Part shown: piece after piece, positions 28,601 to 38,100 of the stretch
Numbering within the stretch: position 1 is the first letter of the stretch
Layout: every line of letters begins with the position of its first letter
From: a candidate division WOR-3 bacterium
GTDB taxonomy: Bacteria; Hydrothermota; Tepidihabitantia; Tepidihabitantales; Tepidihabitantaceae
Direction: 5' to 3'
DNA: 64,000 bases
NCBI GenBank assembly: GCA_965649225.1
Contig: CBFGJX010000002.1
Location: 114,477-178,476 of the forward strand
Notes under the pieces: model-generated
Databases searched by the model: none
Told to the model about the DNA's origin: nothing
The model's input: the letters and a program-made list of their open reading frames with translations, nothing else
Position numbers and translations under genes: made by a program

Positions 28601-31302
28601 TAATCATTGACCCAGGACCAGCGCCCGCCGGTACCGGCCTTGCGCACCGTTTTCCACTCCCGGCGCAGAACGGTGGCATTGACGACCGTGCCGGCAAGGT
28701 ATTTGCCTTCGGGGCTTACCACGACGACATCAAACTTCATCGTCTCACCGGCCGCAACGAAGCTGTGGGCGGTTTTGACCCCGATATTGGCCTCGCTTGA
28801 ATGCACCAACCAGGAACCCCGTCCCGCGCCGGTGCGTTCGTTGGCCGCAATCACCTCGGCCTCCACCGTAGCGAGGAAGGTGCCGACCGGCCGCTCACGC
28901 TTCAGCCGCACGCGCACCGGCAGCCGGCCTTGCGCGTCCAGCTTCCCCGAGCCGGCGCCAACACGTGAGGGGCCATCGAATCGGTCAGGCTCGCCGGCGC
29001 CGAAACTGTACTCACCGAACCCGGACGGCACGAAAACCACGCGGTTCAGGTCAAGATACCAGCTCACTCTGTCACCGACCATCGGCGCCCCAAAAAGGTA
29101 TTCTCCCTGAACTGTGGCGGACAGTTCGTCGCCGAAGTAGTAACGCTCCTTGCCCGACTCCATCTTCACTGCAAACGCCGCCGGCCGGTACGATTCCACG
29201 CGGAACGATGCGTAGAAGGTGTGGTCGGCCAGTTCGTAGCGCACCGAGTAGTAGCCGGTCGGTGCATCCTCGGGCAGCCTGACGCGGAAATCGAAGCTGC
29301 CGCTCGCCGACAGCCGCAACGGAGTAGAAACCAGCTTCTCGTCGCGGGGGTCGTATATGTCGAGTCGGCCTTCACGCTCTACCGGCACCACCCAGTTGCC
29401 CAGTTTCTTGTGCCGGACAATGCCCTTCAGGCGCACCGTATCGCCACCCTTGTACAAGCCCTTGTCCGTAAAGATGAACCCGCGCGGCTCGGCCGGGTCA
29501 GGATTCCAGTCATAGGAAATCCCGAACTCGTACGGCTCGATGCCCGTGCCCCAGTCGGAATGGACGAATGCGGCCGCAGGCTCGTCTCCGGCGAACAGCC
29601 ACAGTCGCGGATTGTCCCATTCACTTCGCCGCAACGCACCAACAACATCCCAGCCCGGCAATGCCACCGTGCCATCATCCCGGGTGCGGCCCGCCCAGAC
29701 CACACGATTGGCATCGTCGCGCAACTGCACCGGCAGGTTTGGCACCGGCGCGGCATCCTCTAGCCGGGTCACCAGTCCGAGTCCGCGCTCGGGCGCAAAC
29801 TTCGCAGTGATGCCATACGGAGTTACCTGCAGCAGGGCGCGGCGAAACCGGCTGCCGCGTTCCGGCTCGGACATCGCGGCCAGCTCGCAGACAACAATGC
29901 CCTTGCCCCCGACCAGTCCGCGTCCCACGTCCAGTGGCAGCACCGCGCGCCGGTTGCGTTCGAGTCTGGGCCGCCACACCCGTTCGGACGAGTAGAACCC
30001 GGGCCGCTCAAACGGCTTCGGGCTGGAATCGCCATCATCGTAGTAGCTGTAATCGTATACTGCGCGCCAGTAGGGCACGACCTCGGCAGGCCTGAGCGCG
30101 CGCGTGCGCACCTTCAGGCTGTCGATATTGACCATCGTCACCGGGACGTACGGCTTGCCTTCGCTCTCGACGATGCCCGGCCCGGTCGGCATGGTAAAGT
30201 ACGGCCGGTACGACACGGTACGCAGTTTCAGCCGCTGGCCCCGGCCCAGCCGGTTGCCGAACTTGTCGGCCAGCCAGCGCGACAACCGCACCTCATACTC
30301 GGTTTCCGGCGCAAGCGGCAGCAACAACGCCACCTCGGTCGATGCCCAGCTGTAGCCGGCATACTCGGTCGGAATGCTGACCGGCGGCCGGAACTCGATG
30401 TTCCGGACAACATTCGCAATCGGCACCGGGTTCGAGAACACAAACACGACCGCATCTTCGGGCTGTTGCCGTGCTGCGTCGGCAATCCCCTCAAGCCGCA
30501 TCCGGTTGAAAGTGCGAAAGACGATTGTATCCCCGCTCGCCGTACCCAGGCTACCGACGGCTGCGCGCAGCCCTTCGGCCAGAATGAGCCGGTACTCGGA
30601 CTCGATCGCCAGCCTGCGGCGCGGCTCAACCACCAGCACTCGCACCGGCGCTGCATCTCCATACCACCAGTCTTCGGGCTTCTCGCCCTTGTGCAGCGAG
30701 CGTACCCGCACAGCTGCATCCAGTCCGCCCGGTCCGCGCAGTCTGATACTTCGTGCGGCCCGTTTCGGGTCCATCGGCAGATTGAATGCAAGGTAAATCG
30801 GCTGGTCCAGCCGGACAAAGTTCGACTGCTGGTAAGGCAGTGACCGTTGCAGTTCAGGCCGCTCAGTCTCGAACTCGAAGCGATAATCGGCCTTGAGCAT
30901 CGCGCCGTCAAGCGCGCGCACCCCACGCGGAATGCGGACGCTATAGCGCGTGGCCGGGATGAAACCACTGTCCGGCGCGAACACGACCGTGCGGTCACCC
31001 AGCCAACGGCATCGACCGGCGACCGCCGGCTCCAGCAGCAACGGAAAATCGCAGGAATCGGCCGGCGTGCCCAGCGCAACCATCGGCGCGTCAAACACGA
31101 CCGTTACCTCGGTTGTGCCCGCTCCGGCTTCGCCCTGCGGCGTCGCCGCCGCCACCAAAAGTGCCGGCGCCGCCTGAAGCTCCGTCTCGGTGAACTCGGG
31201 CATCGCAATCGGCCTGCCCGGCACTGCCAACTCGGTTGTCTTTTTAGTGCAGCCGGCACATAACACCAGCCCAGCCAGCAGAACCAGCCTCAGTGACTTC
31301 AC
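25651..31302 (-). CDS. Bacterial alpha-2-macroglobulin lipoprotein
   Basis: Lipobox CAGC, FTDKGLYKGGD, LPDNLTQW, thioester YPYDCLEQ, WRTTQEN, DPLPAGFE; GAGGAG SD before GTG 31302. Confidence 0.93.
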   Translation of the reverse strand: MKSLRLVLLAGLVLCAGCTKKTTELAVPGRPIAMPEFTETELQAAPALLVAAATPQGEAGAGTTEVTVVFDAPMVALGTPADSCDFPLLLEPAVAGRCRWLGDRTVVFAPDSGFIPATRYSVRIPRGVRALDGAMLKADYRFEFETERPELQRSLPYQQSNFVRLDQPIYLAFNLPMDPKRAARSIRLRGPGGLDAAVRVRSLHKGEKPEDWWYGDAAPVRVLVVEPRRRLAIESEYRLILAEGLRAAVGSLGTASGDTIVFRTFNRMRLEGIADAARQQPEDAVVFVFSNPVPIANVVRNIEFRPPVSIPTEYAGYSWASTEVALLLPLAPETEYEVRLSRWLADKFGNRLGRGQRLKLRTVSYRPYFTMPTGPGIVESEGKPYVPVTMVNIDSLKVRTRALRPAEVVPYWRAVYDYSYYDDGDSSPKPFERPGFYSSERVWRPRLERNRRAVLPLDVGRGLVGGKGIVVCELAAMSEPERGSRFRRALLQVTPYGITAKFAPERGLGLVTRLEDAAPVPNLPVQLRDDANRVVWAGRTRDDGTVALPGWDVVGALRRSEWDNPRLWLFAGDEPAAAFVHSDWGTGIEPYEFGISYDWNPDPAEPRGFIFTDKGLYKGGDTVRLKGIVRHKKLGNWVVPVEREGRLDIYDPRDEKLVSTPLRLSASGSFDFRVRLPEDAPTGYYSVRYELADHTFYASFRVESYRPAAFAVKMESGKERYYFGDELSATVQGEYLFGAPMVGDRVSWYLDLNRVVFVPSGFGEYSFGAGEPDRFDGPSRVGAGSGKLDAQGRLPVRVRLKRERPVGTFLATVEAEVIAANERTGAGRGSWLVHSSEANIGVKTAHSFVAAGETMKFDVVVVSPEGKYLAGTVVNATVLRREWKTVRKAGTGGRWSWVNDYRDVKVKTFKVRSAAEPVRVEFRPDKPGSYVLRLEAQDRKRRPARTETQFWVSGPGEAAWMQRDDDMAELRRDRESYSPGDTARIMVQSPWAGVRALVTVERENVIDHFITRLDGTAGAIAVPIKPEYLPNVFVSVVLVKGRTARNEFSEQGDDLGKPGIKVGYVELPVLPDLKRLRISVAPDRAEYRPGSRVKLELAVKDAAGQGRRAEVTVAVVDLGVLKLTGFATPDPFGVFYSRRPLSVATAESRLHVIGQRNYGEKGEAQAGDGEAAGAPKRDGYEFAYRQNFLETALWLPAVMTDETGRARVEFDLPDNLTQWQVMAVASTVDRFGSADTQFRTNQPLLLSPSLPRFCRPEDEFDGGVIVHNRTEREQSVTVRAVAGKGLELTGEARKTVAVPPNRAVEVLFHYRCTGGDRAGFEFTAEAGVGRDGLKLELPVRAPVPTEAYAIYENTDSAGAQHWVEVPADALTGVGGLEVTLASSGLAGLERGLEWLRTYPYDCLEQRLSKILPFIKGEAVINDFALSELRGKALRDFVNAELAQVPRYQQHSGGFGFWADPKEQASPWLTAYCVAVLAEARQAGFAVDRRMLERAIGYLGGWLAGRDGLDQWPYSTDERLTTRALAVYGLALTGAKPLSDLTALFERREQMSVYGRALLLKTAVLVGDEKLKISIARELDNLVKVAPTTAHYEEAVEGGWLFHSNVRTTALVLQALLEARGRYELADNVVRWLVNERKSARWRTTQENAAVFDALTTFYRRYESVRPDLRVAVRLEGRAILEATLVGRTLATQRRVVPIDALKRGVRQSVAVERTGAGRLYYGLRLSYCRRADPASVDNGFGVEKTIRPFTGRMTGFKRGELYTVTLRITTGQDRLFVVVDDPLPAGFEIVNTSFETESRLSAEKLAAARREDTGGWWGDFDLEQLRADRYLLFATYLRRGSYTRTYLVRTQTAGRFLMPATRCEEMYTPEVWGRTSQQWVDVK

Positions 31303-31368
31303 TGCTCCTCCCACTTTCAGCACCTTGCCCAAACTGCCCTGCCGGTCAAAACTTTCCGACCGATGTCG

Positions 31369-31779
31369 TCAATCCACCGGCCGGTAGCGCGGCATCTGCG
31401 ACTTCAGGTGTGGCCGCCGATAGCTTGCGACACCGACGATGAAACCCTGCCAGCGCACCAGCACGAATCCGTCGGTCGCGTCGGCTTCGACATCGCATTC
31501 ACCGCCGTTGGCCAGCACCCGCGCCTGTTCCTCGGTCACGTCAATCACGTTGCGCTTCGCCTCACGGCCGAGCACCTGCATTGCCCAGGTCGTCGGCTTG
31601 ACCGTATGCGGAAACAGCCGGCACATCCTCAAACCCCTCCGCAGCGGCCGCACCGCATCAAATCCCATCGCCTCGGGCGTACCAATGAATATCGTGTCCT
31701 GAGCGGCAACCGTGGCCCAACGCTTCATGAAATCGTCGCCCAGTCCAAACCGTTCGACAACCGCTCTAACCTGCCGCAT
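31369..31779 (-). CDS. Stand-alone RsmF C-terminal/PUA-like RNA-binding protein
   Basis: RRGLR...KPTTWAMQVLG...NVIDV...GFVLV...LKSQMPR; follows the m5C methyltransferase. Confidence 0.6.
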   Translation of the reverse strand: MRQVRAVVERFGLGDDFMKRWATVAAQDTIFIGTPEAMGFDAVRPLRRGLRMCRLFPHTVKPTTWAMQVLGREAKRNVIDVTEEQARVLANGGECDVEADATDGFVLVRWQGFIVGVASYRRPHLKSQMPRYRPVD

Positions 31780-32707
31780 TCTCGTGCTTCCTTATCAGTG
31801 CCACGAAAAACGCCTCGGTATCGTTGTCCTGCGGCAGTATCCGCCGGGTCCGCGCCACAGCGTCAGCATATCGTTCTCCCCGCCACTCGGTCAAGCCGGG
31901 ATGCGCAACCAGCCCGGGTAGCTGCCACTCCAGCACCTCGGCTGCCGGCTCACGAGCAAGCAGCCAGCTCACCGCGCCTTCGTTCTCCTCCGGCGCCAGA
32001 GTGCAGGTTGAGTAAACCAGCCTTCCGCCCGGCTTCAGACACCGATACCCGGCCTGCAGCAGTCCGCGCTGAACCGTCGTGAAACGCACAATCGCCTCAG
32101 GCGACCACTGCTCGAGCGCCTGGGCCGACTTACGGATAGTGCCCTCGGCTGAGCAGGGTGCGTCCACCAGCACCCGGTCGCAACGACCGGCCAGAGGCTG
32201 AGCCAGTCTGATGCCGTCCAGCCGGGTCACCGCGACGTTCAAACACCCGGCCCGGTCGATGTTGCCAACCAGTCCCCGCACCCGCACCGGCGACGAATCG
32301 TTGGCGACGATCAGCCCGGTGTTTTCCATCAACGCCGCCATCTGGGTTGTCTTGGACCCGGGTGCGGCGGCAATATCCAGCACGGTCTGGCCCGGCTCCG
32401 GCGCAAGTACCAGCGGCGGCACCATTGATGCCGCCTCCTGCACGTAAATCAGCCCGAGGAAGTGCTCCAGCCGTCGCCCGATTGCAATCCCGTTACCGAG
32501 GACAAAACCCTGTGCGTACCATGGCAATACCTCGGGCGCAAGGTCGGCCAGCAGCTCAAGAACCTGCTCGGTCGTCGCCTTCAAAGTGTTCACCCGTGCG
32601 GTCCGGCGCAGCGGCCGGCGCAGCGCATCCAGCAGGGAATCAATGTCGCTCAGTTGCCGGTAGCGTTCGACAAAAGCAGCCGGAAAACGGTAGTCGCTGC
32701 CCCTCAA
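31766..32707 (-). CDS. RsmB/NOP2/RsmF-family RNA m5C methyltransferase
   Basis: RVNTLK, QEAASM, DIAAAPGSKT, VLVDAPCS, VYSTCT, EENE. Confidence 0.92.
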   Translation of the reverse strand: MRGSDYRFPAAFVERYRQLSDIDSLLDALRRPLRRTARVNTLKATTEQVLELLADLAPEVLPWYAQGFVLGNGIAIGRRLEHFLGLIYVQEAASMVPPLVLAPEPGQTVLDIAAAPGSKTTQMAALMENTGLIVANDSSPVRVRGLVGNIDRAGCLNVAVTRLDGIRLAQPLAGRCDRVLVDAPCSAEGTIRKSAQALEQWSPEAIVRFTTVQRGLLQAGYRCLKPGGRLVYSTCTLAPEENEGAVSWLLAREPAAEVLEWQLPGLVAHPGLTEWRGERYADAVARTRRILPQDNDTEAFFVALIRKHENAAG

Positions 32708-33792
32708 TTCCCGCCCACCGTCTCCCGTGACCAGCGTTCCAGCCGCCGCAGCGCCCCAAGCTGCTCACCGTTGCCCAGCTTCGCCGCGCGGATGGCACGT
32801 TCAAGCGTGACAAGCACTCGGTCGTAGGCATTCCGGTTTACCGGATAGGGCCACCCGTCCTTGCCCCCTACTGCAAAAGAGTAAGTTACCGGGTCGCGAA
32901 ACGACAGCGGTGCGCCATACGCCACCTCGGCCACCAGCGCCAGCGCGCGCACAGTCTTCGGACCCACACCCGGTGTCAAAAGCAGCTCGGTGAAGCTGCC
33001 CGGCGCCAGCTCATAAGTTGTCAGAAGCACTTTACGCAGATACTCGGGCCGGCAATCCGTCAGCCCCACCGGGTGCTTTGCAGGCAGCATGAGACTCCGC
33101 ACCCGCTCCAGCTCGCGCACAACCGATTCCGGCTCCTGCCGCGCCAAATCCGTCACTGCCTGCCGTGCGCTCACCGCCTCACCCGCTACCATGTTCAACG
33201 GCTGCGTACGCACGTCGCAGGCCACGCCCTCGTGCGGATCACTCACCGGGTCAACCGCCTTCTCACCGAGCCAGTGATAACGCCTGGCCTGTCTCAATTC
33301 GGTGTTCATTCCCTGCTGGACAACTGCCCACTTGCCCTGTGTTGTGCCGAAAAACACATGGTGGTAAAGCTGAAATCCATCCTGCAGCCCGGCCGAGTCC
33401 ACCTTCGCCACAAGCCGGCTCAGGCGCACCAGCGACTCGCCATCGAGGCCAAAAGCATCTGCCTGCACGCGCAGCTCGTCCGGAGTCCTGCGTGACGCGC
33501 GGCCCTTGCCGCCGCAGACAAACACGCCGACATCACGCTCCAGCCCCGACAGGCCTTCCTTGAACGCACCACACACAGTTGTGGTCACGCCCGACGAATG
33601 CCAGTCGAAACCGGCCACGCACCCAAAAGCCTGAAACCACACCGGGTCGGCAAGCCGTCGCAGCAGTTCATCCGGCCCGTACTCGGCCGCAACAATCTCG
33701 CCCACCGCCCGTGCCATCCGCTTCATCCGGTCAAAAAGCCAGCGTGGAGCACTGCCCCAGTGCAACGGCAGTGTGGCGACGCCTTTGCGCAT
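32704..33792 (-). CDS. DUF763 domain protein
   Basis: ATLPLHWG, DPVWFQAFGC, DWHSSGVTT, ARRYHW, GVGPKTVRAL, SFAVGGKDG. Confidence 0.85.
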   Translation of the reverse strand: MRKGVATLPLHWGSAPRWLFDRMKRMARAVGEIVAAEYGPDELLRRLADPVWFQAFGCVAGFDWHSSGVTTTVCGAFKEGLSGLERDVGVFVCGGKGRASRRTPDELRVQADAFGLDGESLVRLSRLVAKVDSAGLQDGFQLYHHVFFGTTQGKWAVVQQGMNTELRQARRYHWLGEKAVDPVSDPHEGVACDVRTQPLNMVAGEAVSARQAVTDLARQEPESVVRELERVRSLMLPAKHPVGLTDCRPEYLRKVLLTTYELAPGSFTELLLTPGVGPKTVRALALVAEVAYGAPLSFRDPVTYSFAVGGKDGWPYPVNRNAYDRVLVTLERAIRAAKLGNGEQLGALRRLERWSRETVGGN

Positions 33793-33797
33793 GCGCC

Positions 33798-33825
33798 ATT
33801 TTAGAACTGCCTCACTGCCGGTCAA
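33798..33825 (-). promoter_or_regulatory. sigma70-type promoter of the DUF763 operon
   Basis: TTGACC (33825-33820), 16 nt, TAAAAT (33803-33798); ATG 5 nt downstream. Confidence 0.65.
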
Positions 33826-34331
33826 GCGGCTTGCTGCCATGACGCTCGCAACGGACGGCAAGACACCGAATCCGGTCTCGTAGATTACCAGTCACCGCCG
33901 CGAAGTACCGTCCTTGAACAGCGCCAGGCTCGGAGAGTAAAAACCCGGGAAGCGACAGCCAAAATGGGTTGAAGCAAATTCTCCACCGCCGCCCTCGGAA
34001 CGAGGGAGCAAAAACAGCCAATGCTGGCGTAACATTTTGAAAAAAGGTGCGATATCTGGTATTTGTTCGAAGCCACCTGCTATAACCCTGGTTACAGCGA
34101 CAACCGGGGCAAAGCGTCACAGCCCTGCTTCAGCCGGTCAAAACAGGCCACGCCGCCCAGCTCGTGTCGAACTGCCGCGCTCAACAACCTGGACCCCGGG
34201 CTGGACGTCTCACAAAGCGCCTGAATCGTTCACAGATTGATCCTGCACGTGCTCGACTGCCCAATCGGGCGCCCCGGACGAAGACGCAGCGGGCCGCTGC
34301 CCGCCGCTCACCGCCAATCAATCAGGCCGGA

Positions 34332-34928
34332 TTACCTGTCCCAGGCTGATTCAACGATACCGAGTTTGCTGAGCAACTCGCGCATCAGCAGTCGCTCGTC
34401 CTTGCCGCCCCAGGTCCACGGAGCTCCCGGGTCAGGCGAATCGGTTACATACCCGACATACAACACCTGCCGATCCCTGCGGCGCACGACCTGCACGACG
34501 AACGGTTCGCGTCCGCTATCGGCTCTTGTCAGGAAGACGTAATCAGCATCGGTCTCGTCAACCAGCGCCAGCGCATCGCGCACTGTCTGCGTTTCGCTGG
34601 AAGTTTGCGTGCCGCCGCCGCCTATCGCCAAGCCGCCACCCCAAGTCCCTAATGCGGCCTGAGCCTGAGTGTTGCCTTTAGTTTCCGTGCGGGTCTGCAC
34701 GATTGCCGGCGGCAGCTTGACTTTCACGCCGTTGCCAACCAGCAACGTCATCACACGGTCAGCAGCCGCCCGATCGCCGGGTGTTGCGCTCATTGGTATC
34801 ACGGTGACACTCGGGTCTTTGGGGGCTTCGGCCCTGACGACATACCGGTAAGTATAGTTGACACATCCGCTGAACACAACCATACCGACCACGGCGGAAA
34901 AGAGTCGAGGCAACAGCTGCCACATCAT
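34332..34928 (-). CDS. Hypothetical lipoprotein
   Basis: Lipobox FSGC; GGAG SD; promoter TTGACA(34981)-17-TACCAT(34958). Confidence 0.75.
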   Translation of the reverse strand: MMWQLLPRLFSAVVGMVVFSGCVNYTYRYVVRAEAPKDPSVTVIPMSATPGDRAAADRVMTLLVGNGVKVKLPPAIVQTRTETKGNTQAQAALGTWGGGLAIGGGGTQTSSETQTVRDALALVDETDADYVFLTRADSGREPFVVQVVRRRDRQVLYVGYVTDSPDPGAPWTWGGKDERLLMRELLSKLGIVESAWDR

Positions 34929-35165
34929 TGCTGCTCCCTGATTAGGCGCGTGATGGTATTCTTCAGAAGCCGTTCTGTCAAGCGACCAGACTAGGTCATC
35001 AGCTTCCGCAACACGGTCCAGTAACGTCGGCTGTCAAAAACAAAGAATCCCGGCCGGGATACCTCCTGCGGCAAAGCATCCCGCGCTTCCTGGCTGCCGA
35101 AACGCTCGACGATTTCAGTCGGGAAAGCCCTGCCGCCAGGCTTTGCCGGTGGCGACCAAGGCTCG

Positions 35166-38100
35166 CTATTTATCAAGCCGGGTAACAATCACCTCGTTAC
35201 CGGGCAGAGCCTCAACGATGAGGCGGCCGTTGTATGGTGAGTAAACTCCGTCTGCGCTCGAACCGACAACCGACACCCAGCGCCAGGGCAGTTCGAGCAC
35301 GACCGTCATCGGCACCGGCGCCATTCCAGCGGCAGCGGCATCCACAATGGTGAATGCCACCGACCGGTCGGACCTGCGCAGGTTAAGCCGGGCACTGCGA
35401 TGCTGCAGGAGATACCGGCCGACATCCTCCAAAGGTGCAACCCAGGCCCGGCTGTTGCGCACCAGCCGCACCTGACGGCCAAAATTGGCTGGTGTCACGG
35501 AGTACGTATGAACAACACCGTGTCGCAGCAGCGCCTGCAGTTCCTTGGAGTCCGGCTCAAGGATATGATGGTGCAGCAGAATCGTCCACTTGCCGCGTCC
35601 CTCTTCGACAATCCGGGCAAACTGCTTCAGTCCCGGCAGCGTATCGTTGTAGAATGCAAAGCTGTTGAGTCGGTAACGATCAAACACCGCCGGCAGATTG
35701 TAGCGCTCGCCGGCGGTACGTCCGAACCAGAAGCCGGCCGTCCGCAATGCTTTGAGCAGCAGTGGATTGACCGCACTGTACGGATAATGAAACGCCCGCG
35801 GCGGCTCCCCGAGTGCCTGTTCCAGCGCCTCCGCACAGTTAAGCGCATCCTGCGCAGCCCGGGCCGGGTCAAGCCGGGGCAAATCCGGGTCGTGACAGCC
35901 ACCGTGGGCCGAAATGCGGTGGCCCCGCGCCAGCAGAGCCTTTGCCTCGGCAGTCCCAAGCCGTCGGATCGGGACACCGTCCTCCTCGGCATGCCAGTCG
36001 GCTTCAGCCCCGGTCCAGTCTGCAACCAGACCAAAATTGGCCCGGTAACCGTAGCGGTCAAGCAGTGGCGCTGCAACGGCAAACTGTTCGTATGACCCAT
36101 CGTCAAATGTGATTGAGACCGCACCCGGTGCATCTCTCCGGAACGCGGCAATCCGGGCGCTGACCGCATGGCGCCGCATCGCCTCCAGGCGACCAAGACT
36201 TGCCTGTCGGGCCAGCGAATCGGCCAGCACCTGGCCCAGCCCGGCCGCAAAATCATAGTAGCTGCGCTTGAGCCGTTCGCGGTACTGGGGCATCTCCCAT
36301 CCCGGCCAGCGCCAGCGGCGTGTAAACTGCAACCGGCCGCTCCGCAGGACGGGCAGCGTCGCGACGAGACGATCGCCGGGGTTGTTGCCGTCAACGGCGA
36401 ACGCCGACAGTGCAAATCCGCCGGTCGTCACCGATTCGATACCGTCAGTGGCCGGGTCGTCCTGCAACACCTGATGACTCGAAGGGTCCGAGACATTCAA
36501 CAACGCCCATGGGATACGCAGTTCAAGCAGTCCGTCCAGTTCGTACCAGTCGGCCAGTGAACTGTGGTCCGACCGCCCCCAGCGCAGCCGGCCGAACTCG
36601 GTGGTGGCTGCGGCAATTGTCTCTGCCAGCACAGTAAAACGGAGATGATTGCACATCAATCGCTGACTGATGAAACGTCCGTCGCGGTTGGCGACTGTCC
36701 GAAGGGTACGCCGGTCGACTTCCCGCGGGTCAGAGAACACCGAGTAACCGGAATCAACCAGCACCTCGGCATCCGCAGTATCACGCAGCATGACAAGAAA
36801 CTCGACGCCGTTGGCGCAGTCCGGCCCGGCCGGGCCGAGACGGCTGGAACCCAGTTTCGGGTCGTAAGTGTCAATGGCGATGCCAATCGCCTGTCTGTCC
36901 CAGTCCGGCGAACGTTCGAGGTCCAGCCGGATATAGCAGTACTCCTCATCCGATGACAACCACAACGCGCGCAGCATGCCCGACCCGCGCACAAGCGGTC
37001 TGCCCGGCCAGTCGCCGGCTGCGCCATCGATCGTCACCAGTTCGCGCCCAAACTCCACCAGCCCGTAGCACTGCTCCGGATTCTGCACGTTGTGCCAGAG
37101 CCGCACCCGGTCAGCCGGCACCGCAAACTCGTCGACCAGCCAGTTGCGCTTGAACCACTCGTCCAGCCATGAGAACACGATTCCGCCGGCGCAACCCTCA
37201 TCGTGGATGGCGCGGAGCATCGTCAGGTTGATACGGGCCTGCTCGGCTTCATCGTGCCCGCCATGGTTCATGCCGAAGCTGCTGTAATGAGAAATGCCCC
37301 GCGATGACGGCACACCGAATTCGGCAATGAGCAGCGGCACACCCGCGTGGTGATGTTTCAGCTTGGCAAGGTAGCCTGCGTAGTTGTCCGGCTCCCCTCG
37401 GCCGTTGCGGTAATCCCGGTACTCAGGCTCGAGAAATACAAAATCAGGATAGTAGGGGTACACATGATACGCGGCATAGTACCCGGCCCGCTGCATCGGC
37501 GTGGTGTTGATCGACATCGGGTCAAGTGTCACAAAATCGTTGTCGTAGGCGTAGCCACCACCTTTTTCGTTGTACTCGGTCGAATGATACAGCGGATCAA
37601 CCGGCAACCAGCTGACGAAAGCAACCGGACGCTGGGTCTCGTAAGCCACGGCCTCGTATTGACAAAGGTAATCGAGCATTTGCGCCAACCACACTGCAGT
37701 CGGGCTGCCTTCCGGCACACTGAGCATCACGCCGCTGTAGCGGCGAACCGAACGGTGCATCGTGTCAGTAACCTCGACGATCTCGGGTTCCCACTCCCGG
37801 CCAAAGAGATAACCAATCGTGAACGGCGATACATCAGCCGACCATACGCCGGCGGCGTGACCCGGCCGCGGCTCGCGCACCAGCCGACCGGCGACCGCAT
37901 CGACCGCATCACGGATCTCGGCCTTGACTGCACGCATGTACCCTGGCTCGAACAGATCGAGAGACTCCGGGGCCTCGGCCCAGATGCCCTGCAACAGGTA
38001 AACCGGTCGTCCCGCGTTGCGAAAATTGTGTTGCGCCAGCGCCACATAGAACTCGGGAGGCAGAATCGTATAGGCCCGCACGACGTTGAACCCGGCCTCG

